A stretch of 64,000 nucleotides of DNA from Paramecium tetraurelia (taxonomy: Eukaryota): positions 62,001 through 126,000 of the forward strand of contig CT868430.1 in assembly GCA_000165425.1 (NCBI GenBank). The letters run 5' to 3'. A program made the position numbers and the translations under genes. Shown here one piece after another: positions 39,903 through 55,800 of the stretch. The notes beneath the pieces were generated by a model. It was not told where the DNA came from. It was given only the letters and a program-made list of their open reading frames with translations, and ran no database searches. Each line of letters opens with the position of its first letter. Position 1 is the first letter of the stretch.

Positions 39903-42900
39903 TCATTAAATGTGGCTTTCAAGTAGATTAGAACATTGCCAAGAGACAAGGTCAACTAATTTTGATATTTAGTGACTATTGTAATTCTCTAATAGTTCTT
40001 TCTGATTGATCCTTTTCTGCAAACAAGATTCTATCTAATCAATATTCTGCATTATTTCAACATACAATTGCTGAAATAATTACAATATAGTTTGTATCTT
40101 AGTAACATTGATTTGAATCTTTTGTAAATTGATTGGTGAAATAATAGTAAGTGGTTGATTTGACTATTCATCTTCAATGTTGTAAAAATTATTTTATTCT
40201 TTTTCATCCAAATAGATAGCCCATTTGTTTGGATCAAAATTACATCCATATTTATGTAAGAAATTTATCAGTTTTTAACCTATACTGTGATCTTATCCAA
40301 TGGCTGCCAGCATTATTGTTAAACAAAATGAACTAATACCACCCGTATATGAATCATTCAGATCCTTTATCTTAAGCAGTTTCTTTAGATATATTGCAAC
40401 CTCTGAAAATCCTTGGATTTTTCCACATATATCAATTGTGAATTGTGTTGATTGAAATCCAATATTGAATGCTTAGATATATGGATTATATATTGCATAC
40501 GAAGGAGCCAATTCAAATGTTATATCAATGAAGATATGTTAACCTAAAATCAAACTCATATTTACTTGGATCTCCATATTTTAAATTGAGATCGAGGTTC
40601 CTGCATTACATGATAATGTATTTTGGTTCTCCTTTAAATGAAAGAAAGTCTATGGAAGGATCTACTAAGACTTTAATGAGTGGCACTGAAGCTTGAAATA
40701 TATGTCTAAATAATAGCAATTTATATTGTACTTGCATTACACAGCCCATTTTAATTCAGTGAAAATCTCAATCAATCTTCTCATAGGTTCAAACAACTGT
40801 TATTTTGTGAATACTTGTAGACCATAAACAACCATATCAACATCACTATCTTTTAGAGCTAAGCCAGTAGTAGAGGATCCAAAGATTTAAGTGTCACAAT
40901 TCTTAAAATATGATTTAATAACATGTTAGACCCTTTGTATTGAAATGTCTCTCGCTGCTTTATACCTATTAAATTAATCAATTTCTTTCTGATATATTTA
41001 TTTGACATCATTCGTAATCTTTTATTCCAATATTGTTTTATAGATCTTTTATAATTGGGCTTGATCTAAATCATATGTATACAGTTTCTATTCTTTCTGT
41101 TGAGCTTTCGACTTAACTAAACCTGATCTTTGTATTTTATTCATTCCACTCTCCTTTTTTTAAAGTGTAATTCTGTTTTGCTATTGAGATGGCATCCTTT
41201 CTAATTTAAGCTCATCATATTGGTGACGATTATTCTTTTGAACTGATTATGAGGTAGATTTCTTTAGCAATGGAATGTACTACTACTCATCTGGTAATGA
41301 TTAATTGTCTTAAAATTCTTTGTCTTTCTTATTTGATTGTTTCTTGTGCCTGGATGATTTTGACTTACTTTATTTTTTCTATTGCTTTTTATTCTATACT
41401 TCGATGTAATCACTTTCATCATCAGGTACAGAGTTAATGATAATAGGAATTTCTTGAGTAACTTTTTCGATGATATCATTCTTTTACTATTATTCAAATA
41501 TAAGTTCTTCATTATTATTTTGTTAAGAATCATTCTCATTTTGATTCTCGATATCCTCATTATCATCCTTGATCGAAGATTTAGATGATTTCTCTAATTT
41601 TTCATCTTCTTATACACTAAGCTATTGAGATTGGTTCATTTATTTAAGCTTCTTCCTCTCTAAATTGCTAGAAATATCAATTGATAAATTTACTCTTTTT
41701 TTCTTTGTTTTTCAAGCTGCTTTTTTCTCTATTTTTTAGACTTAGGTTTGTCATTCCATTCATCATCTTTTATAATATTCTAAGATTCTTATTATACTGC
41801 AGGTTCTGGTTGCACAACTTCAATTACTTACTATTTTTTAGTATTTTTGACTTTTTTGAGTTTCTTTTTATATTATTTAAAATTCTCAAGTTCAATCAAA
41901 ACAGTTTCAATCAATTTTTTCATAAAACCTGTCGAATGTTCATATATTTACTACTCTTTTTCTTCTAAATGGGTACTAAATAGTCTTTATTCAGTTTCTG
42001 GTAATATTTTTGATTTTCCAGAATTTGAAAAATAGGAAACGACTGATTTTAATGATTAATCTTCAACTGGAACAGGAACTGGATTTTGGAATAGTTTCAA
42101 ATCAGAAAGCTTTTATTTTGGTTTTTTTTTCTCTTTTAGATTCTCCTCAACTGGTTTTTTTAATGGAAATTAATTTCTTAATTATTTACAAATTAGATAT
42201 TTGCAAAACAATAAGGATTCCGTAACTATAACATTGAATTTCATATTTACTTGTGTACTTAAGAGGAGATTAAAAGATTAGATCCTTCTCTTAAAGGAAA
42301 TGTTGGATTTCATTATCAACATTCTTCAAACTTAAACTTTCACATTTAATATGCTAAAGCCAACTTTATAAAAGCACTTTTTCATCTATAAACTACATTT
42401 CCCCTTGAGAGAGTTCCAAAACCTTGTAAAATTCTTGAGTTTCAGCCTCATAATTGATATTATTGAAATTTAACTCAATTTAATGAAAGTTAAATAATTA
42501 ATCCTATTTAGTATAAGTGCATTTCTGTTCAAATTATTAGAATCTTAAGTTGTATTTACAAAATGTTACTTAATTAAGATGGCCTTTTCAATTTCGTTTA
42601 CGATGTGTTCTGATAGGGTCCAGAACATTTTTTGATTTTATTATGAATCAAAATTAATTTCTGAGTATTCCTCGTCCTCATTGGTCTCGATTCTCCAATT
42701 TTTTGTGAATATTTATGATTTGGATAGTATTTCAAACGATTAAATAATCTCCTCAATATTGCCTTTAATTGTAATAGTGTCTAAAAGCCATTCATAATCT
42801 GAGATGTAGGTGTGATCAAGAATATACTATAGTTTAAGTGCAAATAATACTTATTAGGCAGATCTCCATTGCGCATTCATATCTATTCTATTGCACTCTC

Positions 42901-43242
42901 TCACATAATAGTATTGATGTAATTTGATTTTTACATTAACCTCATATGGGGATTAAGCTAATTCGAAATATTCATGAAGCAAATTTTAATCCTGTTTAAA
43001 CATCTTTAGAAAGGAATGAACTCTGTAATAAGAGGTGAAGGATAATACTTGCTCCAATTGTGGCGTTGGCAAATTTCTCAACCTTGATTAATGTGTCTCA
43101 CTTACCATTAATATATTTGGTTTTTCTTTTCGGAAACATCCTTCTCAGGAGCATTCAGAGATTGACAGTAGTAAGTAACCTTGTTAATTTGGCGAGATGA
43201 GTATCTTTGGAATTGGGTCTGGGGATAGGCAATCTCGTTCAT
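39903..43242 (-). CDS. Non-canonical poly(A) polymerase / terminal nucleotidyltransferase (TRF4/PAPD5-like) with long N-terminal extension
   Basis: IFGSSTTGLALKDSDVDMV catalytic motif, VPLIK, IDITF, LNDSYTGGISSFCL; several tiny introns. Confidence 0.88.
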
Positions 43243-43309
43243 AAATAAATTATTTTATGTGGTGTTGTTATTGTTAATTTGTACTTGAGTATATGCATAA
43301 AAAAAAACA

Positions 43310-43975
43310 TCATCTAAATCTTCTGAGGGAAATTCTATTTCTTCTGGCGTAATTGGCCCTTCTTGAAGGTCTAGTTTGATTGTTGCGATGACCCTTGACT
43401 CTGAGTCCTCTGCTCTTTCTGCCAGCCGATGTTAAACCTTTCATATTCATTTTCATTCAAACCTCTCAATTCTCTATGCTTGTGAACTGGTTTGGTGATC
43501 CAGTTGATTCTTGAGTCTCCTCTGATTGCTGGGTGGAATGGATCAACGGTGATGACTTCATAATATTTGTATGTTCCATCTTAGGCAACCCAATAAGAGT
43601 TCAAAACTCTAAGTGCTCCGATCTTTCTGCCTACTCTTTCCTCAGCAACTGATCTAAGGTTTCTGGTGGGCTTTAATTAATTGACTCCTTGACTCTTGGG
43701 CTTGCCCTTGACGAGTCCCTTTCTGATCAACAATTTTCTGCCTCCTCTTCTAACTCTCACTCTGTAAATCACATAGCCTAACATCATCATTGTTTTCTAT
43801 TACCTTGCTTGGCCTTGTACCCTAATCTTCTGGCTTTATCTGGTCTGCTTGGTCTGGTTGCTCTGTGAATCACTGGTAATTGTCTGTATTCCCATGTTCT
43901 GATTCTCATAATGAAGCTCAACACATCTGATTGCTTCTTTTTCCAGAGCTCTTGTAAATACTTATATGCGCCCAT
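43310..43975 (-). CDS. RPL15: 60S ribosomal protein eL15
   Basis: [18 protein letters not shown]...[15 protein letters not shown]...[17 protein letters not shown]; two introns. Confidence 0.98.
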
Positions 43976-44360
43976 TCTCTTAGAGATAAAAGATTTTTAT
44001 TTATGAAAAATTTTCAAATCAATATAAAGTAACCACAATATATAAATTTAATCGTTATTTTGTTAGAGTACTTATTCTTTGATTTTCACATTGCCATTTA
44101 TCACATAGTTCGATAAATATGTTAATAAACTATTCTATGGGATACTCACAGGATTCTTAGTTGAAGTACTTATAATATATTTGATAATTATTTGATCTTC
44201 CTCAATTATTTCAAATCAATAATTCGCAGTGACCTTGTGTATCATAGAAATTAATAATAACATATTGAGTCTGGGAATACTTTAGAATTAATAGGATTAT
44301 ATATACAATATACAAATTATTATTGATATTAATACAAAAAAATTTTTAGCAATTAATTTT

Positions 44361-45241
44361 TCAATCATTTTCCAAATCAGAATGATCCCATTTTGCAACA
44401 GGTATTGATGATTTCTTTTATAAGCTAAATTGTTCTAAAATTGGTTTTTGCATAATCATGAACTTTTAACCCCTATCTCCTACACTACAATTTTTGTAGC
44501 CTATCTTTTTACTTGTTCTAGAATAGAATGGTGATTAAGTCAACCTCTCTACTATTTTACATTTCTCAATGTTTAAACCCAAAGACAAAGGCATAGCCTG
44601 AAAAGTTGTATTCATTTTTCTATTATTGTAATAAGATGACCCTATTCGTGATTAGGTAGGTCTATAAGTCTAAATTTCTTAATTTTTCTTTTATTTATTG
44701 TTGCATGAAATGGAGACATCAGTTTTCAATTTTTAAGGTAAGACAACTTCTTCTGTTTTTTCGGTTTTAATTGTTTATGTTTTTTAATTATCTTTGATGA
44801 GATACATTTTTTCGAGCATCATCTTTTTCAATTCGATTCTTTTCTATATTTCATCATAGTTGAAATCGTTTAAAGGAAGAGTCTTACATTTAGCTTCCTT
44901 TTATTTAATGAAATTATTTTTCCTAGTGTTCGTTGATTTTGATGTATTGTATTAGTAATTTTATAATTATAGTTATAAGCTTGGTGGGGATCGAGTTGGA
45001 ATATAGGTTTGATAATAATAATCTTTTAAGTTGACTTGATATAATGATCTTCTGGATATCTTTTTTGTCCTTTTGGTATTTTGAGATGCAAGTAATTATG
45101 AGAGATTACAAAATTTTTAGGGGCTATTTTCATCAATGTAACTTATTGTGAGAGGTCTTTCATGTATTATTAGATTGTCTGGTCTATTTATCGAAAAAAT
45201 ATATTCTACCCAAAACAATCAATAGTTTAGTTCATGTTCAT
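44361..45241 (-). CDS. Hypothetical protein
   Basis: ORF MNMNQTIDCFGQ...WDHSDLEND-TGA, low complexity; internal frame not fully checked. Confidence 0.6.
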
Positions 45242-45358
45242 TATTAATATAATTAGTTTGAAAATATTTAGTTTTAATATCTAATTGAATTGATTTTAAG
45301 AATGGTGTAATAATAAAAGTGAAATACTATAGTTCTTTTTATGGACATATACTATTAA

Positions 45359-46936
45359 TCATTTTTATTGTGGTTAGGGAACTTGATTATTTTTATCTGA
45401 TCCTTTTTAATCTAAGTTAAACCCCTCAAGGTCTTATTTGATGGCTTACTCATTGATATCATCTGTGAAAGACAATTTTCTGAATTTATATTTATCTGAA
45501 TTTGATCTGTGTTGAAAACCAAGTTCGTTCTTGAATCTTTTCGCAAAAAGACGAGCTGTAATTTTCTAAATTCAAACACAAAAATACCTCGTTTGATTCT
45601 TCCATACCTTATTAATCTACATATGGAGGAAATTTAATTTATTAATTCTCTTTACAATTTTTTATTTTAATGACTTAGCAACTTCCTACATATTCATTAA
45701 CGACAATATATTATCCTTCATATGTGAAACATACTTTCTTAATAGATATTTCATAATAATTAGGATCTTTTATCTACTTGAATAATTCGAAGTCATTCTT
45801 GTCAAGTTTGATTATATTAGCTTTAACCATAGTATCATTCTCGAACAACTTTTCTTTAATATATAATTGTTATCTTCCTTCATGTTTTCTTTGCAACAAC
45901 ACAAGAGAACAGTTTTTATATTTTGGAATTAAGTAAGTCTTTTTAATTTCAATAATTTAATGTTCCTATAATTTATCATTGATTTTACATCTTGAATATT
46001 TTCGAATTTCATGTCTTTCTCTAAATAAAATTATCTTGTTTTCCCGATTTCCTTCTGTGGAATAGGATGACCCAAAATTCTCAAAACCTCTCTAAGTAAC
46101 CAATCTAATTTGTCATTAAAAGATTTAACGCTGTGGTTGTCAATCTTAATTAAGTTTGGATGTCCAGACCAAGCGCTTTGAGTTTTATGATCCATTTCCA
46201 AAGCTTATTGTTAAGTTTCATGACGTGCTTTGTTATTCAAGGTACTATAGCAATCGGTGCTGTCAGCGGCTGTTACCATATGCACAACAGCATCATATCT
46301 CTCATCTCTCAGTTTGACTTCTTCTAAGTTATATTTTCCGATCATTTCGTACCACTCGTTTTGATCCATATAGGCCTTGCCATCCATTAATCCTCTATCG
46401 CATAACATTACCGGAGTCTTATTCGGGGGACAGAGCATGGCAAGCACGTTGAAACAATGCTCTAACTTCATTTATAAATTTAGTAAATTCATTTGAAAAG
46501 TCATTTTACCTTCAGCTGAATAATTGTCTAGATCTAACATTCCTCCTCCCATAAACAATGTTGTAGCTGCTTCTGGGACTATATAGACTGAAAATCCTCT
46601 CTCTTTGAGTTTTTCCGCAAGATAATTTAGCCCTGTCGTTTTACCTGCACATGGACCTCCAGTTATACAAATTTTCCTAACTCTAAGACGATTGTCTTTC
46701 ATCAATATATTCATTAATCTATATTCTATGCTATCTCCTTATTCTGCATCGTTTTTCAAGTGTTTCTGCTTTTATTCCTTTTTCTATTCTTCAATCTCCG
46801 TAAAACAATGTAATTGTTTTTTGTATAAGCTCTCCATCTTTCGAAATTTCAAATGGTCAATTCTCCACTTTGATACAACAATTAAAAATGGAATCGCTCC
46901 AAAAAATAAACCATAAATTAGAGAATCCTTATTCAT
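45359..46936 (-). CDS. AAA_28/NadR-type P-loop NTPase with CYTH-like C-terminus (Ttd14-like)
   Basis: KICITGGPCAGKTTG, VPEAAT, CDRGLMDGKAY, RYDAVVHMVTAA, NKARHE, AWSGHP; N-terminal hydrophobic segment. Confidence 0.88.
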
Positions 46937-47406
46937 AAATTAATTTTTAAATTTTTATCAAAATTCCACCATAAAGTTCAAAAAAAGACAAAGAAAAAAA
47001 CAGATGATATAAGAGAAAAAGTATTACACATTAAAATTGAAATCAATTTATTAAGTACTTAAGCTCATAAAAATTTGTTGTCAAATTATAATCTTGGCAA
47101 ATATTTAATTCTATCAATTTTCAACGTTCTCATTCATTATAAAAACACTTAAAAAATTGGATTCATAAATATTTAATATGGGAGGGAGTGCCATTCTAAT
47201 TTCCTATGGAATTGATTGAGTCAATATGAATATAGAGAACATTATATTATATTATGTTTATCATTTATTTACATGAAAAACAACCAGAGATATCTATTGG
47301 TTGCATGTCATATTGAAAAATATATTTTTTTCTTTGATGCTTTCACACAATCAATAATAATAAAATTAACAAAGTATAAAATTTTCGCAATAGAAAATTT
47401 GAATTT

Positions 47407-47868
47407 TCAACTATATCTGCAGACTGGGCATTCTAAACTTTTTTTTTGCCATTCTTCTAGACATCCTTAATGAAATACATGGCAACATTATAGAATTCCT
47501 TTTTGATCAGCTGGTCCAATTTCTACTAAGCAAATTGGGCATTCTTGAGCCTTGTAGGATTAATAAGAGTCAGCAACCTGCTTCAATGGGCAATCTGAGT
47601 AATGGTCCTCTTTAAATTTCTAAAATATTTTCTCTTTGCAAAATTCACAAACACCATCTTCTGTATCTTACAAAGCATAAGCCTTGCAATTCTATTAATG
47701 ATTCTGCATAAATTTCTCCAATACGCTCTCTCCACAATATCGACAATCGACTTACAAGCTCTCCTAAAGACAACTTTCCAAATGATCAGAAAGGAAACAA
47801 TAAGGATAGTGTTCTGCACAATTACTGCATGGATATAGTCTCATATCCTCATTCTATACCTAATCCAT
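47407..47868 (-). CDS. RING-H2 E3 ligase with three N-terminal TRAF-like zinc fingers
   Basis: CX2C..HX3C repeats then CPICL..CCHVFHQGCLEEW..CPVCR. Confidence 0.9.
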
Positions 47869-47884
47869 TGAATTAATTTTAATA

Positions 47885-49044
47885 ATGTCTGATATATATT
47901 CTAATATAAATTCCTAGCTACATTCCAATTAGAATTTATCTCTTTACGCAAGGCATTAAAAAGAGGCAAGAATAGAGCATTCAAAGTTGACCCCTGAAGA
48001 ATAAAAAGAAAAATTGCTTCAAGTTTTTAATAACCGACCACCCGTATTTTCAGATGAAGCCAAAGTACCTCCAAAACAGATCACAGCCACTCAAGGATCA
48101 CAAAGATAGAAATTGCAAATGGGAATTATTAATCCAATACACTAATTTGAAGACCCGAGAGTCATTAAAAATGAAGCTAAATAAAAGGAGTAGGAATGGT
48201 ATGCTTAAAGGATGAAATAAAAGTAGAGACCTAAACCAGAGGATCCACTAGTTGAACCTCAAGCAGATTTGGTGTTGTAGGCAAACAAAATTGACTTGAA
48301 GTAAGATTTATTTCAAATTAAGACCTCCTCCCATGTTAGAGAAAGAGAAGCCATTAATGTAAGAGCATCTAGCTAATCCTTATATTTATATAAAGAAGAT
48401 TTTCAAAAAGAATTCAGTCGAATCTTAGATGAAACACCCAGATATTTGGGATAAGAGCACTCATGTCGAATCTTTGAGAATCAACAAAGTAATGAAATAG
48501 GAGGGAAAGAAGAGACCTTAATCTGCAAAAGTGATTCAATAGTAACAAGTACCACCATAGGATAAACAGAAGGAAAAACTGAATAAAAAAGAAAGAGAAG
48601 ATTTTTATTTGAAAAATCTAGTAAGAATAGTGTATTATAGTAGAAAATGAAAGAATTTCTATTCAAATTTTTTAAGACGATCAACCATCTGCTCAAGGCT
48701 AGGAAATATAATAAAATTATTTATAAAGGAGATCAATAGAATTATGATTTGAGCACTTTATTCAATTTATGGGCAGAGCATAAGAAATTCAATTTCAAAT
48801 CCAATCCTGAGAAATATAGTATTAAGTTTCAATATAATAATTAGTTACAAAGGAATAATTTGTGGACTTTTTGTTATTGATTGGACTTGATCCGGACAGA
48901 TCTCATGAGGCTGAACGATTTTTTGATTATTGTCATGATGATGTTGTTAAGGCACCTGGAATTGCTCAATAGGAATAAAGTACTTAAGCTTAGCAAGACT
49001 CTAAGTGGTTCAGATTATTTAAGGGATTGAAAAATAAATTTTGA
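47885..49044 (+). CDS. Hypothetical protein
   Basis: MSDIYSNINSQL... long ORF, one intron near 48819-48844, ends KNKF-TGA. Confidence 0.7.
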
Positions 49045-49088
49045 AGAAAATTATCAATTTTTATATAATGTACTATTGATTTATTAAA

Positions 49089-49623
49089 TCAAAACAAAAC
49101 AAATTGCTTTCTAACGTTACCAATAATTTCATTAGGGATGACTTTCAATACATTGAATCTAACAGTTTTTGATAAGGGTCTGAATTAAATCTATGAATTG
49201 AATACCTGCATTATCCGCAAACAACAATATCACCTTCCTTGACTGGTCCAAAAGCTGGTGAGATGTGGACTGGAACATTTCTATGTCTCTTTTCATATCT
49301 ATTGTATTTGGCAACATAATGTAAATAATCTCTTCTGATAATAATTGTTCTGGTCATTTTGGTTGAGATGACAATTCCTCTGTTTTGATAGTTTAATTAA
49401 TATCATACTTTAAGATGGCTCCTCTGACACTGACATTTCCTGTGAATGGACACTTCTTATCAACGTAATGTCCTTCAATTGCTTCCTTTGGTACTTTGAA
49501 TCCGAGTCCAACTTCTTTCCAATATCTAACTCCTTTTGTTGTTTTCTTGGCCAAAAGTTTTTTTGAGTTTTAGAAGATGCCTTCTTGCTTTTGGAATGCT
49601 CTTTATGTCTAGACGTCTGCCAT
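49089..49623 (-). CDS. RPS11: 40S ribosomal protein uS17 (S11)
   Basis: MADVQTQRAFQKQ...[15 protein letters not shown]...[25 protein letters not shown]. Confidence 0.97.
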
Positions 49624-49729
49624 TATATATTTTTTTAAAAAAGATATAAATTTTAATGTAATAATAAGGAAATGAATTTGAACAAAAAAACAGATTAAAT
49701 TTGCTTGAAAAAAAAAAACCAATCCAAAA

Positions 49730-52244
<2,515 letters not shown>

Positions 52245-52893
52245 TTGATTTAATTTATTTTAATAAATAACAAAACTTTACGTACCAACTTTGCCACAAT
52301 TTATACTTTTGGCGCAAAAAACAAATTATTTTAGATTTTCTGAATTAATTCTTATTTGGTACTTGTGAACTTGATCTCAATTGATGATAAGTTGGAAGGA
52401 AAGGAAGTGTTGTCAAAATATTTATAAGTGGCAAATAATATGAAAAATATAAAGAATACTTAAATCAACCGAATTTTAAATTACGTTTCACATTTTAAGT
52501 AAAATTAAACATGATTCTGCTTGTGAATGGATACATTAATCATATGCGTGATTCTTTTAAGATTGAAGCAGAATTATCAAAATTTGCTCTGTCAATTGAG
52601 AATTTGGAGATGAAGTTAACAGCAATTCTGATTGGATTATGTGAGGGACAGTATTGTTGTATTCTTATGGGTTGAGTTGTTTTGTAATTTTTTGAAAGGA
52701 AATTTGATTAATAGGACAGAATTATTTAATAAAAAATTTATAATTATGTTTATAGGTACTTTTATTAGTTCACGTTATAATTCAAGTGATTTGACGTAGA
52801 TATTTATATTATCCTATTGATCAGAGTTTATAAAGATAGTTGATATCCAGATTTAAATGATTGTGTTGTTTTAATATTAAAAAAATAAATTTA

Positions 52894-55800
52894 ATGAGTT
52901 TTCCGCAACATATTCCGAGCACATCACTTAGTTTTTTAGATCCGAGTTTATTGATTGAGAATTTGGATTGGTTATATTTGTTGTCGATGAAAGAGACAGA
53001 TGGACTATCAGAAAAGTCTTTAAGTAGGGGTGAAGAAGTTTCTGGGTTTGATGCCTATCTGGAGCAAGTAGACTTCACGAGATCGGCGTATATTAAATTG
53101 AGGTAGTGAAGTATCGTAAATAGAGTAGATAGGATTATTTTAATTTGATATAACATTCATCTCGACATTTGACGGAGAGTCTCTTGAACTCTAGGAATGA
53201 ATACTTTAGTCGTGCTAGTATGATGCTGAATAAGATCAACAAGAGCAAAATGGAGAGACCCATTGTAATGGCATAATGTAAGAAGAAGAATCTGTAATTT
53301 TAGATCACGAGTGCGGATACGAAGTGTTTAAATAGTGTTAAGGAGTAACAAGTTGTTCTGCATTGTAATCGAATCCAACAAGATGGCCTTGGGGATTGGA
53401 GGATTTTCACAAATCATTATGCAAATAAGAGCTATTGTCTCTCTTTTATGAGCCAGATTACTCAAGACAGAGCATCGATAAGAATTTGCAGAGATTAGTA
53501 AAGGAGATGGATCATAAACAATTGTCAAAGATCTTGATCGATTATGCATTGAGAGTCGGAACGTTTAAGTCGATGTTGAGTCTTTGCGATTTAAATATAA
53601 GAGAAATTATAAAGTTACCGAGATTGCAATAAAAGAGTCGTCACTTACATTATATGAGATCCCTGTGCGATCAAGGAGGATTCACGATTACCTAATTACA
53701 GCAATTCACTAAGTTAAATTACCATCAAATGACAATGACATCCTCTTAGTGTTACTTGTACATCTTGGTGAGTTCCCCAGTGGGTGGAATGTACAAGGTG
53801 GGCACAGGAGAATGTGGAACTATAGCTGGTAAGATATATCTACATCAACCACTAAAGAAGCAAGACGATGTCCAATGGGTGTTCCTGCAGAATAAGTTAT
53901 ATCTGAAACAGCAGAATGGAACTTTGGATATCATTTGTCCTGAGACATTTCAGACTCTGAGTCAAATGACTCTCCATTGTCCAGAACTATTTCAACACCC
54001 TCAAATGTAGGCGATAAACAAGAATTACCCATTGATTACAGACGGAGAGAAATTATTCATAATTGGAAGAAAACTAAATATTACTAAGGTGGAAGGAGCA
54101 CCAGCCAAAGTTATTAAAGAACCAGCAGCTTCCACTTCTAGAGCATAAAAGAAGAAAGAGGCTGAACAACAACCACCTGATAACACAATCAAGATTATGG
54201 ATTTCATTCTGTTTGAATTCGATTTGAACAAACCAACAGGAAATGTATAAAATGAAGAAGAATCTGATAAGAAACTATTGGCTGAGTTATTTGAGTCATT
54301 CCAAGGATATTTCAGCAAGGCAGAGATTAGCAAGGCATTGAATCTGAATAAAAATGATATGTAAAATGCTGCCCAATGGTTGGTTGAAGAAGGGGAGAAG
54401 GAAAGAAATAAAACTACCGTTTCTGTTTCAAAATAAACCTTACTTTGCTAAGCTGAAATCACTACTGACATCTCAGCAAAATAAGTCAAGAGCAGTGCTG
54501 ACATTGGATGTAAGGAGGGATCCATCCTATAACCATAAATCATTAGTAATATCATTTGGACTATGGATAAAAGATATGTGACTGCCTATTTTGAATTTGG
54601 AGTTAAGATTTTTTCCAAGGATCCAGCTGATGAAAAAGAACTCGATCAAGCTAAAGATGAATTCAATCTCAGAGATCACTACACAACCAAAAAACCCTCA
54701 GCCTCAAATTTGACTCTTAAGGGTACTTATATCACAACAGTCAATAAATACCTCAACGAATTCTATTAGAATCCCAATTATATTGTGTCTTATGAACACA
54801 ACACAAAAAGGTTCTATGTGATGCACATTCAATGGAATTCCACAGACTTATAGTTTCCTGCCTTAGTGACCATCGGATCTGATTTTATACATAGACCCTT
54901 AAATCTCAACTTGGCTCAAGCTACCACCTTTGATGAAGAAGTAGTTAACTTCCTACTACAATAATAAGAATAACGCTATGATTAAGAATGGAGATTGAAT
55001 GATTGGTATGTTGCATATCAAATAATGCTCAAGAATTTAAGAAACCTCACTGAGCGTTTCTCAGAGGAGGATCTCAAGAAAATACAAAATGAAAAATCCA
55101 AGTATAGTTACCGATTAAACAAACTGCTACTTTCAATTGATAATTCAAGAAGCGAAGTGGAGATTAGAAAGGTTTATGCCTTTTGTGTAGAGGGTACATT
55201 TGAGGAGTTGAAACAGATTTGGTCATTGTTCAAGAAGTTCCATAAGATTCAATACCTTCAACTGTTACAATATTGGGTTTAGTATAGCGAATTGTCAATC
55301 TTGTTGAATGTTGGAGTGCATGATTTATTGAAGGAGATAGGAGAGTATCTGATTTAAAATTGGCAAAGTGATTTACAAAGGAACATCTTCATCAAAGGTT
55401 GGACACTCTTTATGTGTTCAAATTCACTCTAGTTGCAGTATCTGAAAATGGGAGACAATCAATTGTTACAACAAATTATATCTACATATTCGAGCATTCA
55501 ACCAGAGACAGAATCTGCTATATTAAAATTGAAATCCAAAAATGCTAATTTGGATGGAGATTTCAAATCATGCATCCACAAAAAAGGGACATAGCATTTT
55601 CTAATTGAACCATTGCCCAGATTGTTAATTGATGCAGTTTAGAGTTCAAAATTATTCAAGAAGGTGTACAGTAAAGGCTACTTCGTGGATTGTGACATCT
55701 CCCAAATAAATCAACAATTCTGGGTATTGGCAAAGGAATGGGCAACTCAATCTGATTTAACCAAATGGCAATTCTTAAACATGGTATTCAATATGGCATT

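Noticed and set aside
43110..43242. Relatively GC-rich stretch between genes, possible ncRNA
   Set aside because: It is the first coding exon of the TRF4-like gene, joined through a 23-nt intron
17965..43242. Air-like and Trf4-like genes (TRAMP components) in one window as a functional cluster
   Set aside because: About 21 kb and many unrelated genes apart; no evidence beyond chance
52330..52680. Inverted repeat ATTCTGCTT/AAGCAGAAT suggesting an H/ACA snoRNA; short broken + strand ORFs
   Set aside because: No correctly placed H and ACA boxes; may be a gene remnant but no recognisable homology
53200..53450. Apparent frameshift near the HECT gene 5' end
   Set aside because: Resolved by a canonical 26-nt intron at 53278-53303
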